Shown: positions 29,563-38,550 of the stretch, one piece after another | Position numbering within the stretch: the stretch's first letter is position 1 | How the letters are laid out: each line of letters begins with the position of its first letter | Assembly (NCBI GenBank): GCA_003402745.1 | Contig: QQND01000005.1 | Location: 1,357-65,356, forward strand | Direction: 5' to 3' | Origin: Verrucomicrobiota bacterium | Lineage (GTDB): Bacteria > Verrucomicrobiota > Verrucomicrobiia > Chthoniobacterales > Chthoniobacteraceae | DNA: 64,000 bases | Notes under the pieces: generated by a model | What the model was told of the DNA's origin: nothing | Database searches by the model: none | The model's input: the letters and a program-made list of their open reading frames with translations, nothing else | Program-made: the position numbers and the translations under genes

Positions 29563-31017
29563 TCATCGAAGTTCCGCTAGCAAAACCGAGGGTTGTTTCC
29601 CAGGTGCACAATGCCGGCCGATAACTTCGATAAGGGCGCGCAGGTCACTCTCGCTAGTAAACGGATTCATCAGTGCGGTTCTTAACCAGACCTCGCCCTT
29701 TAAGACCGTTTGGACGATGTAAAACTCACCCGCGGAGACAACCGCAGCGCGAATTTTACGCTGCAACTCATTCGCTGCATCCACATCCAAACCAATGGTT
29801 TTTACGCGAAAACAAACGATATTTGATTCCGGCCTGACCGCCGTTTCAAACCGTTCGTCCTGTCTTAATATCTCATCGAATAAGACCGCGGTTGCGTGGA
29901 CGCGCCGGAGGTTCTCCACGAAAAGGCCCTCCCCATGCACTCTCCAAATCGAGGCGATTTTCAGACTCATCGCCAGCTTCGTACACTCAAACGAACGACG
30001 CCCCACATTAAACCATTCCGCTTCCCTGGAAGCATCCCACAGATATTGCGCCTTTTGTTCAAACGCCGACCACGATTGTGAACCGTCTCGGAAGACAACA
30101 GCCGTAGCCAAAGCGGGGGTGAGAAGAAGTTTGTGGAAATCTAAAACCACGGAATCTGCGCGCTCAATTCCCACAAGGCGCTCGCGTAGTTCACTGCAAA
30201 AAGCAACCGCAGCTCCGTGCGCTCCATCCACGTGAAACCATAACCCGCGGCGCTCACAAAAATCTGCGATCGCGTTCAAGTCGTCGTACGATCCAGTCGA
30301 CGTTGTGCAGGCGCTTCCCACCACAGCAACCGGCGTCCTGCCTTGCAAAACACATTGCTCAAACACCTCATCCAAAAGATCAACCCGCATTTTAAAACGG
30401 GCATCCACTGGCACCACAGCAAAGCCGTTTCGCCCCCACCCCATCACATGCGCCGCACGCGCAGAGCAGTAGTGCGCTTCCGCAGAGGCCATAATCGCCC
30501 ACTTCGGCTCGGTCCCTGACTCGATCGCACCCCCCACCTGTTTGGCGCGGGCTGCAAGGAGAGCTGTTGTCATCGCAAGCGTCCCCCCAGAAGTGAGAAA
30601 CCCGCTCCCCTGCGGCATCCCTAAAAGATCAGAAGTCCGTTCAATAATCCAGCGCTCCAAAGCAGTCGCAGACGGCCCCATCTCATAAACCGCCATCCCG
30701 TTGTTGAGCAGTTCGGAGACCAACCCCGCCAAGGCTGCGACTGGGGCCGGCGCACAAACCTGATGTCCCATATAGCGCGGGTGATGCAGGTGAATCGCCC
30801 TCTTCACAAATTCATCCAGAAACTCAAAAGCCTCTCCTGAAGGCTCCTGCATTTTTTGGGCCCAGAACGCAAATTCCACCTCAGGCCCCTCTCCGTTGAC
30901 CACTCGCCCTTTGCGTGAGAGAGCAGAAGATAGATGGTCGGCGAGGAGGTCCACCACGCGGTGGCCTAATTCACGAAATGCCTCTGGCTCAAAAGCTCTT
31001 TCCAAGGGACTTTTCAT
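29563..31017 (-). CDS. Group II PLP-dependent amino-acid decarboxylase
   Basis: Fold-type-I decarboxylase layout with 'HVDGAHGA' and the PLP-lysine context 'SVVLDFHKLLLTP'. Confidence 0.8.
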   Translation of the reverse strand: MKSPLERAFEPEAFRELGHRVVDLLADHLSSALSRKGRVVNGEGPEVEFAFWAQKMQEPSGEAFEFLDEFVKRAIHLHHPRYMGHQVCAPAPVAALAGLVSELLNNGMAVYEMGPSATALERWIIERTSDLLGMPQGSGFLTSGGTLAMTTALLAARAKQVGGAIESGTEPKWAIMASAEAHYCSARAAHVMGWGRNGFAVVPVDARFKMRVDLLDEVFEQCVLQGRTPVAVVGSACTTSTGSYDDLNAIADFCERRGLWFHVDGAHGAAVAFCSELRERLVGIERADSVVLDFHKLLLTPALATAVVFRDGSQSWSAFEQKAQYLWDASREAEWFNVGRRSFECTKLAMSLKIASIWRVHGEGLFVENLRRVHATAVLFDEILRQDERFETAVRPESNIVCFRVKTIGLDVDAANELQRKIRAAVVSAGEFYIVQTVLKGEVWLRTALMNPFTSESDLRALIEVIGRHCAPGKQPSVLLAELR

Positions 31018-31145
31018 ACCGCGTCATACTTCACAGGGTCTCCACAGTGCGAAGTCCATTTTCAAGAATCTAGAAATATCTGGCCGCTCCAAGTCATGAG
31101 TCAGCGTTAGAAGCACGCAAGAGGCCACGCCCGCCAACCCCCGAA

Positions 31146-32228
31146 CTATTCCCACGCAGGTTTCTGGTTGAGAAAATTAGGCGAATATTCCGTGGGGTCG
31201 TAGGCCCGCACCCAGAGCGGGCTCGCAGCACCAGATATCGGCGGCACAAGCCAGTCCCAACGGCCCGTCACCGGCCGTCCACAGGCTTTCTCCTCCTCCT
31301 CAAACCGAACATGCAACTGCGCCGCTGTGTGGTGGTCGATCATCCTGACTCCCGCCTCCCGGAACGAATGCAACACCGCTCGATTAAGCTCAACCAACGC
31401 TTTGTCCCTCCACAACGATCCCTCCCTTTTTTCAAAAATTCCCATCCGCTCAGCGAGTTCAGGAAGCACATCATAACGGCTCCAGTCCGCAAGATTTCGA
31501 GCCCCAATTTCCGTTCCCATGTACCAACCGTTGAACGGAGCTGCTGGGTACCGGATGCCCCCGATTTCCAAAAGCATATTGGTCACCACCGGAACCGAAT
31601 ACCAGCGCAGCTCCATTTCCTTAAACCACAAAAATTCTGGGTGTTCCATTTTTACCTCTAAAACACTTTCCGGCGGCACTTCAAATACGGCGGGCCTCGC
31701 ACCCGGCCCAGAAACCACGATGGGTAGAACATCAAACCGACCCGGACGCTCCGGCGCATTCCATCCCAGGGTCTTACAGTGCTCTGTAAAGCGAGCTTCA
31801 GCAGGGTCGCCCAAAACCTCTCCATCTTCGGCCGCATATCCTGCGTATCGCACAAGTTGATAGTTCCAGACCCGCCAGGGCACCCGGCCGCGCTGGGCGG
31901 GAAAAACCGTAACCAGCGGCCGGACCGCACCGCCATTTGTCGCCAACTTCAAGTGCTCAACACATTTTTCCGCGAGACCCTCCGCGCACTCCGTTTGCCT
32001 CGCATCGCGAACCTCCAATTGTTTCCAAAAGTAACGGCCAATACAACGGACGCTGTGCCGCCAGGCGAACCGGCATCCCCATAGCAACTCTTCAGGGGTA
32101 TGCTCGTAAAAGCGGTGCCGATCAATTTCGCGAAGAACCGCGCTTCGCCGTGCAAGGGTCACCCCCGGCCCACCCTCCTCACTTTCCAAAAGATCCAAGA
32201 AAGCTTCGGCTTTTTGTTTTAACGACAT
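31146..32228 (-). CDS. nos: Nitric-oxide synthase, oxygenase domain only (bacterial NOS)
   Basis: 'AWRHSVRCIGRYFW', with the heme-thiolate Cys codon at 32045..32043. Also 'GWYMGTEIGARNLAD' and 'WLVPPISGA'. Length (about 360 aa from MSLKQK) fits bacterial NOSoxy, and no reductase domain is present. Confidence 0.85.
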   Translation of the reverse strand: MSLKQKAEAFLDLLESEEGGPGVTLARRSAVLREIDRHRFYEHTPEELLWGCRFAWRHSVRCIGRYFWKQLEVRDARQTECAEGLAEKCVEHLKLATNGGAVRPLVTVFPAQRGRVPWRVWNYQLVRYAGYAAEDGEVLGDPAEARFTEHCKTLGWNAPERPGRFDVLPIVVSGPGARPAVFEVPPESVLEVKMEHPEFLWFKEMELRWYSVPVVTNMLLEIGGIRYPAAPFNGWYMGTEIGARNLADWSRYDVLPELAERMGIFEKREGSLWRDKALVELNRAVLHSFREAGVRMIDHHTAAQLHVRFEEEEKACGRPVTGRWDWLVPPISGAASPLWVRAYDPTEYSPNFLNQKPAWE

Positions 32229-32330
32229 TCTGCCGCGTATCTTCAGGCGGCGGTAAACAGAAGCTGACGCACCATCGCCTGAGGCGGCTCCGGGCAAGAC
32301 TAGAGGGCACTCTGGCATTGCAAACGTAAA

Positions 32331-33170
32331 CTAATTTGCCGGACCGTCCGCGCTCAGACCGGCCTCTTCCCAAAGCTTCAATTCACTTTCTTTTTGGCCC
32401 AGAGTGCGGCGCAGTTTTGCAATCGCGTACTTTCCGAGCACCAGCCGCATTGGAGCATTCTCTGAGGCAACCACCTGCAGGATCGCATGAGCTGCCCGTA
32501 CCGCGTCGCCAGGCTGTTTTCCGTCCATCCCCCCAATGATCTTGGAAAACTTGCCGACGGACGATTCGTATTCAGAAAGGTTTCCAGAAGTTTTCTCCAA
32601 AGACCGGCTTATAAAATCAGTGCGGAACGGGCCCGGCTCAATGATCGTCACCTTCAACCCAAACGCACGCCCCTCCGCCGCAAGCGATTCGCTCATCCCT
32701 TCAAGCGCACACTTAGCTGCGCCATAGATTCCAAAGCCGGGATAGTTTGCGATTGCTGCCGCCGCGCTCATGTTTAGCACATGTCCGCCTTTCTGAGCTC
32801 GAAAGCTTGGAAGCAATTCTCGGATCATATTTAGCGCACCAAAGAAATTCACTTCGAAGATTCTCCGGATCTGGTCGTCCGAACTCTCCTCCAGAGACCC
32901 AAGCAGGCCGTAACCCGCATTGTTCACCAAGACGTCAATCCGCCCGAAAATGCTGAGCGAATCCGTGACCACCGTTTTTATATGATCCGGCAGCGTGACA
33001 TCGAGTTCAGCGATGTGAGCCGTTTTAGGCCATCGGGCTGCAAACTCAGCAATCGCAGAGATGTTTCTTGCTGTTACAATCACCCGCTCTCCCCGTTCTA
33101 GAGCGGTTTGGGCTAGTGCCCGGCCAAAGCCGCTTGATGCTCCCGTAATCAGCCATACTTTTTCAGACAT
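32331..33170 (-). CDS. Short-chain dehydrogenase/reductase (SDR)
   Basis: 'WLITGASSGFGRALA' (TGxxxGxG), 'NNAG' and 'YGAAKCAL' (YxxxK). Confidence 0.85.
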   Translation of the reverse strand: MSEKVWLITGASSGFGRALAQTALERGERVIVTARNISAIAEFAARWPKTAHIAELDVTLPDHIKTVVTDSLSIFGRIDVLVNNAGYGLLGSLEESSDDQIRRIFEVNFFGALNMIRELLPSFRAQKGGHVLNMSAAAAIANYPGFGIYGAAKCALEGMSESLAAEGRAFGLKVTIIEPGPFRTDFISRSLEKTSGNLSEYESSVGKFSKIIGGMDGKQPGDAVRAAHAILQVVASENAPMRLVLGKYAIAKLRRTLGQKESELKLWEEAGLSADGPAN

Positions 33171-33248
33171 GCGCTCGAATATCTGCCATTGTTCCACACA
33201 TGGCACGCATGAATTGGACGGCTCTGCGATCCGCGCAGCGATTGGGCA

Positions 33249-34514
33249 CTATCCGCGCAGCGGTTGGGAAACCCATCCGCAAAGCCACGAACGCAGATGA
33301 GACGGCATTCCTTCACTCTGGTGCGCAACAACCACAAGACAGGGGCCTCCCCCGAATACTGAAACTCCACCGCGGGCGTGGTTGACGGTGACGCTTAAAA
33401 ACCCGTCTTGTGCTCCATGCGTCAACGAAGCGCTCTCCAGGATTTTTTCCAGCCGAAACCGCGTCGTAGCCGCTTTTGTATCAACGCCCAGTTCTCCAGT
33501 TTGCATCGCGTCGTCTCCAAGCCACAAAGCAAATCCCCGCACCTCTGGAAATCGAGAGAGCGAGAGACCCAGCTCTTCAAACCGCATTTGCTGAAGAGCT
33601 GGAGGACCCAGAGAAATCTCCCCTTGCGCGCGCCCACCACTCGCCTTTTGAGGAACATCACTCGACAACAAGTGCCCTGATGATGGCACAGCCTCAGCCG
33701 CTTCAGCCGTTTTTTCCCGTTGAACGAATCCTACTTTTTCTGTTTCAAGAATCCGCAACGTTGGCGCAATTTGCCGCACAGGAGTCTGTGCCGGTGGCAC
33801 TATCCCGCTTGCGTACGCCTCCAAGATCTTTTTTAAACGGCCGCTTGCAGGAATCCCCGGCGAGGGAACCGTCGATTCCCGTGCCGTACCTTGGCTCTCA
33901 AGCTTAGGACTTGGCGCCTCAAACACCAGTAATTCGCCAAAAGCCGAAGAATCGACATTCTTTGAAACCGGCAATTCTACACTCCGCAGAGCCTTCGCGG
34001 TTTCCCGCGCTTCCCTCGACCGGGCCCGCTTCGTCTGAGTTTCCCCCTCCCAATGGGTAAACGTCTCAGATTCTATCTGCGCCTCGTCCAAGACCTCGGC
34101 AGGCACCTCGGTCAGCGCTGGCTCCGGTTCGCGCAACGGCTCCATCGCGAGATCCACCCCGATGTCTCTCTCCTTCACTCCCGGATCTCGGAAAAAATCA
34201 GGGTAGCATTTAACCAAATAACGCAAGGAATAGGCCAGTGGCCTTTCGGCACCCGCGTTTAAGCGCCCGGCCGCCTGCAGTGTGATCATCTGCTCCGGAA
34301 CCCATTCGCCGGAGCGCCTCCAAGCAGCCGGCACGCGCGCCATAAGGTCACCAAGCGTCAAACGATGCGCAGAGCCACGGGCGGCCTCCACAGGCACCTC
34401 TAGGGCCACAGCAGGCCGCGCTCCCGGACCGTCGATAGGCTCGAAAATAATATCCTCAGCTTTGGGAGCAGAACGGCCAACAAGCCCTCCCAACATACGG
34501 CGCAAAAAACCCAT
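33249..34514 (-). CDS. Hypothetical protein (about 421 aa)
   Basis: Long ORF with no family recognised. Start placed at ATG 34514 (MGFLRRMLGG), because the longer ORF would overlap the photolyase gene. Confidence 0.5.
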   Translation of the reverse strand: MGFLRRMLGGLVGRSAPKAEDIIFEPIDGPGARPAVALEVPVEAARGSAHRLTLGDLMARVPAAWRRSGEWVPEQMITLQAAGRLNAGAERPLAYSLRYLVKCYPDFFRDPGVKERDIGVDLAMEPLREPEPALTEVPAEVLDEAQIESETFTHWEGETQTKRARSREARETAKALRSVELPVSKNVDSSAFGELLVFEAPSPKLESQGTARESTVPSPGIPASGRLKKILEAYASGIVPPAQTPVRQIAPTLRILETEKVGFVQREKTAEAAEAVPSSGHLLSSDVPQKASGGRAQGEISLGPPALQQMRFEELGLSLSRFPEVRGFALWLGDDAMQTGELGVDTKAATTRFRLEKILESASLTHGAQDGFLSVTVNHARGGVSVFGGGPCLVVVAHQSEGMPSHLRSWLCGWVSQPLRG

Positions 34515-34605
34515 GTCTTCTTTGAAAGCGTGAAAGAGTGCCGGGTGCAAGCCATGGAATTCTGGAACCGCACGGAAAAAGGGGCGGCGAACCGCACCTC
34601 GGTCC

Positions 34606-36138
34606 TCAGCCCCCTTTAATCTGGGCTGCCTGCACGCGGACTGCCTCAAGGAACTCCGGGGTGAATCGGTCTAGGTTTTTGAGCTGAAGAGCCATGCGCT
34701 GGTTGCCCCCAAGCCTCGCCCTGTTCCTCGCCAAAAAATCCCAGTAAAGCGTGGTAAAAGGACAGGCCTTCTCACCCACAGAAAGCGCAGGGTCGTAAAT
34801 GCACCCACGGCAATAATCGCTCATTCGCTGTATGTATTTGCCGCTTGCGGCATAGGGCTTTGACGCCATGACACCGCCGTCTGCGTACTGCGACATTCCA
34901 ATCGTGTTCGGGATCTCCACCCATTCCACGGCATCGATATAGACCCCCAGATACCATTCATGAACCTCAATAGGCCGGACTCCCAGAAGCAAGGCGTAAA
35001 GGCCCGTCACCATGAGTCGCTGAATATGATGGGCATATCCAAGCTTCAGAGTCTGGCCAATCGCCTGCTTGAGACATTGCATGTCTGTTTCTCCTGTCCA
35101 ATAAAAAGCAGGTAACGCAGCGTGCGCCTCCAAAGCATTCGCCTCCAAATATCCGGGCATCGAACGCCAGTAAATGCCCCGAACATATTCCCTCCATCCC
35201 AGAATCTGACGAATAAACCCCTCCGCCGCGGCAATGGGAACCAATCCCAGATTCCAAGACTTCTCCGCAGCAGTGATGACTTCCAGCGGACAAATCAGCT
35301 TGAGGTTGAGCGCTGCACTGAGTCGCGCATGGTACAACCAAGGTTGCCCAGTCCACATGGCGTCTTGATACTGCCCGAAATAAGGCAGCCGGTTCGTGAT
35401 GAAATCCGAAAGCGCCTCCAGAGCCTGGTTGCGGGTCACAGGAAAGTCAAAATGCCTGCTCGTTCCGGGGGCCTCAGGTAACTCGCGGTCCACCATTTCT
35501 ATCACACTACGGGTCGTTGAATCAGGGGCAAAAGCAATAGGCGCTGGCAACAGTTCGGGCCCGTTTTTCCCAAAACCCCCTCGGTTCAGTGCATCAAAAT
35601 TCCACGCGCCTCCGGCCGGTTTTGCGCCCTCCATCAAAACACCAAGGCGTTGGCGCATCTCCCGATAAAAAAACTCCATGCGCAGCTGCTTGCGCCCTTT
35701 AGCATGTGCTTCAAATTGCCTGTGAGAGCACAGAAAATGGGGGTCCTCGAGCCAATCCCCCTCCCCGTTTGGCCAGAGAATCAAACGGAGTCCTTCGCGC
35801 AAGCGCCACTCCCCAGGCTCTACCGCGACAATCTCCTTCGGCCTGTGTTTTTCAATAAACCGTTCCAATGCACCAGACAGACTTCCCGCGTTATCCGGCG
35901 CCTGCAGTTCCGTGTACTCCACACGCCAACCCTTCGCCAACAAGCCATCTCTAAAGTGGCGCATCGCCGCTAAAAACATCACGATGCGTGCCTTGGAGCT
36001 GACCACATGCGTGGATTCCTCCCGCACCTCCGCCATCCAAATACAATCGATTTTGGGGTCGAATTGTGAAAACGCAGGAGAAGCCTCATCAAGTTGATCT
36101 CCAAAAACTACGACAAGCCGTCTAAGCATCCCCCTCAT
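34606..36138 (-). CDS. Cryptochrome/photolyase-family protein of the Fe-S (FeS-BCP / PhrB-CryB, (6-4)-type) class
   Basis: About 510 aa. 'LVVVFGDQL' N-terminus, 'YAHHIQRLMV', and a Cys set (C..'YCRGCIYDP'..'KACPFTTLYWDFL') arranged as in the 4Fe-4S photolyases. Confidence 0.8.
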   Translation of the reverse strand: MRGMLRRLVVVFGDQLDEASPAFSQFDPKIDCIWMAEVREESTHVVSSKARIVMFLAAMRHFRDGLLAKGWRVEYTELQAPDNAGSLSGALERFIEKHRPKEIVAVEPGEWRLREGLRLILWPNGEGDWLEDPHFLCSHRQFEAHAKGRKQLRMEFFYREMRQRLGVLMEGAKPAGGAWNFDALNRGGFGKNGPELLPAPIAFAPDSTTRSVIEMVDRELPEAPGTSRHFDFPVTRNQALEALSDFITNRLPYFGQYQDAMWTGQPWLYHARLSAALNLKLICPLEVITAAEKSWNLGLVPIAAAEGFIRQILGWREYVRGIYWRSMPGYLEANALEAHAALPAFYWTGETDMQCLKQAIGQTLKLGYAHHIQRLMVTGLYALLLGVRPIEVHEWYLGVYIDAVEWVEIPNTIGMSQYADGGVMASKPYAASGKYIQRMSDYCRGCIYDPALSVGEKACPFTTLYWDFLARNRARLGGNQRMALQLKNLDRFTPEFLEAVRVQAAQIKGG

Positions 36139-37748
36139 TTCGTCCCCTTCGGCCTAGTCTTAAATAAAATCCCCTCGAACTCGGTGCGAACCTTGTCCAA
36201 ATCCTGGGATGTCGGAGCTCCAGACAAACACAGCCGTACCTCACCCTTCTGGTTCACGACAAAAACCTCAATTGAAAAGCCCGGGCTGCAGAGCTGATTC
36301 ACATTTTTGGCGCTCCAATCCATCAGTACGGGCCACTGCGTGCCATCCCGGATCATCATCCGTACGGCGCCGTGAAAAATGGACGGGATGTTTCTCACGT
36401 CGGCCAAGCCCAGAATCTCGACGTTTGCGCCAAAAACATCGTGTATGGGTTTAACCCATGCGGCTATTTTACTCGTCCCTGAGCGGGACGATGCCACAAG
36501 CAATAAAGGCCGTTCTCGGGGAAAGCGTATCTCGTGCGGTTGCCCGACCTGATCCTCAAGAACCAAATCAGGACACCGCTCCGGCACCGCCTCAACAACA
36601 GATCCTGAGAGGCATAACAACATTCCAACCATAGGGAGGACACGTCCCCGCCAACCTACCGGCCTGCCCGTCCAAAAACGCAAAGCTCCGTACCATTGGT
36701 TGAGTAAGAGCGCGCCCACCGCGACAGGTTGCAGAAGCACTCCGGCAAGCGGTTGATTAAAACGAAACGCAAGCACACCACGTCCAGCAAACCCCAGCGC
36801 AAGAGCCAACAAAGCCCACCGCCCAGAGACTTTATCAAGATGCCCAGAAAGCAGACCAAGCAGCGGAAAAACCTGCCCGAAAAAAAGCAGCAGCCCAAAT
36901 GGTAGAACGCTTTTGGGGGAAGCTAGTCCCTCGTGCGCGTTCTTCGCAAAACCCCGCCACACTTCACCCAAGCCTGTGTACATACGGCAAACGGCAACTC
37001 CGCTTGCGTCGAATAAATCTGCAATCTTACCCGCCTTCCGAAAGGCGCGCGCAAGGCCGATCCCCTCGTGGAAACTCTGCTTGGTGATCTCGTGTCCGCC
37101 CACTTCAAAGTAAGCACTCCTGCGGATAAGCATCAACTGCCCACAAGCGGCCGCAAACCTGGGATCCGCTGTCGCCCGCATCCGTTGGAGCGGCAAAAAA
37201 CCCAGGAGCACAAAGTGGATCAAAGGAATGATCATGACCTCAGATAATGTTCCAAGTCTTTGCCATGGGATACCACTTAGAAGATCAAGTTCGGGACGAA
37301 GAAATGCAGCCGCCATTCGCGCGAGCGCATCGCCTCCTCGGAAGCGCACGTCCGCGTCCATGAAAACAAGAATGTCCCCCTTGGCTGCCTGCGCCAAACT
37401 CCAACATCCAAATGGCTTTCCAGCCCATCCTTGAGGAGGAGGAGTTCCTTTGAAAAAACCGACTCGAGAATCCTCAGCAGCAAGCAATTGAACAATTTCG
37501 GCCGTCGCATCTGTGGACCCATCATCCCAGACAAGCACTTCAAAATTTAGCCCCTCACAATGCAGCACAGATTCAATGGCCGCCCGGATATTTGCCTCCT
37601 CGTTCCTCGCAGGGATCAAGACAGAAACAGAGGGAACGTCCCTCACTGACGGGTCGCCAAGGGGCCGGTAAAGGCGCAGGTTCGCCACAATCATCGCAAC
37701 TGGAAGCGCCGCTGCTACACTGCAAAACATCATTACCGCAGGATTCAT
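36135..37748 (-). CDS. GT2 glycosyltransferase (CrtQ-like) with multi-TM region and a C-terminal redoxin-like domain lacking Cys
   Basis: 'VLIPARNEEANI', 'VWDDGSTDAT' and 'FMDADV' (DxD). Start ATG 37748 overlaps the upstream stop (ATGA), and the stop overlaps the photolyase start (36135..36138). Confidence 0.75.
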   Translation of the reverse strand: MNPAVMMFCSVAAALPVAMIVANLRLYRPLGDPSVRDVPSVSVLIPARNEEANIRAAIESVLHCEGLNFEVLVWDDGSTDATAEIVQLLAAEDSRVGFFKGTPPPQGWAGKPFGCWSLAQAAKGDILVFMDADVRFRGGDALARMAAAFLRPELDLLSGIPWQRLGTLSEVMIIPLIHFVLLGFLPLQRMRATADPRFAAACGQLMLIRRSAYFEVGGHEITKQSFHEGIGLARAFRKAGKIADLFDASGVAVCRMYTGLGEVWRGFAKNAHEGLASPKSVLPFGLLLFFGQVFPLLGLLSGHLDKVSGRWALLALALGFAGRGVLAFRFNQPLAGVLLQPVAVGALLLNQWYGALRFWTGRPVGWRGRVLPMVGMLLCLSGSVVEAVPERCPDLVLEDQVGQPHEIRFPRERPLLLVASSRSGTSKIAAWVKPIHDVFGANVEILGLADVRNIPSIFHGAVRMMIRDGTQWPVLMDWSAKNVNQLCSPGFSIEVFVVNQKGEVRLCLSGAPTSQDLDKVRTEFEGILFKTRPKGTK

Positions 37749-38545
37749 AAGCAGGAAGAGTGATTGAGTGCCGCCTTTTCCTTGTTCCACATTGCCTTGA
37801 AACGCCGCCACAAATCGTATGGGACAGAAACCCCACCTCGGCCCTGGAGAAGCGTTTCAAAAAGAGTTCCCTCTCTGTTGCAGGCCTCGGCGGCGAGCGC
37901 GTCCTGAATGCTCTCCAATCCCGCTTCCAGGCTCGCTTGCACCTCCGTGAAATTCGCTCCCAGACTCCTCCCGCTTTTCGCGGGACCGAACCGTAATATC
38001 ACCTCGGGATACCGTTCCTGACCAAATCCATATTCAATGGCAAGTGGCACGAACATGGCTTCCGGTTCTCTCACAGCAAGATGAGCAAGGCCAGCCGCAA
38101 AATTGACGGGCCGCTCACGAACATCGGCAAACCGCCCCTGAGGCGTGAGCCACAGCATCGCACCCGGCTGGGCAAGCAAGGCTCGTGAAGTGCGCAGAAA
38201 CGTCCGGGCACCCGAGACGGTTCCTTTTTCCACGCCAAACACTCCAAGATATTTAAAAAAACCGTACCGTTCCAATTGGGCTGCGTCTATCGGACCGAAT
38301 TGTGGGCGCCCCGGATAACAGCGCGCACCGAGCCACATCATTACGAGGGGATCCCACCACGAGGCGTGATTCAGATAAACCACGAGGGGCGTATTGTGTG
38401 AAACAAGAGGTGCGTGTCCCCCTTGAGTCATTCTAACGGCGTGAAAATTTCCTCGCAACGCCCTCTCAATGTATCCCAAAAAGCCAGCCAACAACACCGG
38501 TACGATTCTAGCGGGCGCTTGTTGGGAATTGCGAGCCGGTTTCAT
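37745..38545 (-). CDS. PlsC-family acyltransferase (CrtO-like)
   Basis: HX4D motif 'NHASWWDP'. Start placed at ATG 38545 (MKPARNS), 5 nt after the upstream stop. Confidence 0.75.
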   Translation of the reverse strand: MKPARNSQQAPARIVPVLLAGFLGYIERALRGNFHAVRMTQGGHAPLVSHNTPLVVYLNHASWWDPLVMMWLGARCYPGRPQFGPIDAAQLERYGFFKYLGVFGVEKGTVSGARTFLRTSRALLAQPGAMLWLTPQGRFADVRERPVNFAAGLAHLAVREPEAMFVPLAIEYGFGQERYPEVILRFGPAKSGRSLGANFTEVQASLEAGLESIQDALAAEACNREGTLFETLLQGRGGVSVPYDLWRRFKAMWNKEKAALNHSSCL

Positions 38546-38550
38546 GGCCG

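Noticed and set aside
32229-32330. Search for additional CarH-type 11-bp repeats upstream of nos, the photolyase-proximal gaps and the 41574..41773 gap
   Set aside because: No tandem nAnnTnnACAn units are visible in these gaps, so direct CarH control of nos is not supported by the sequence.
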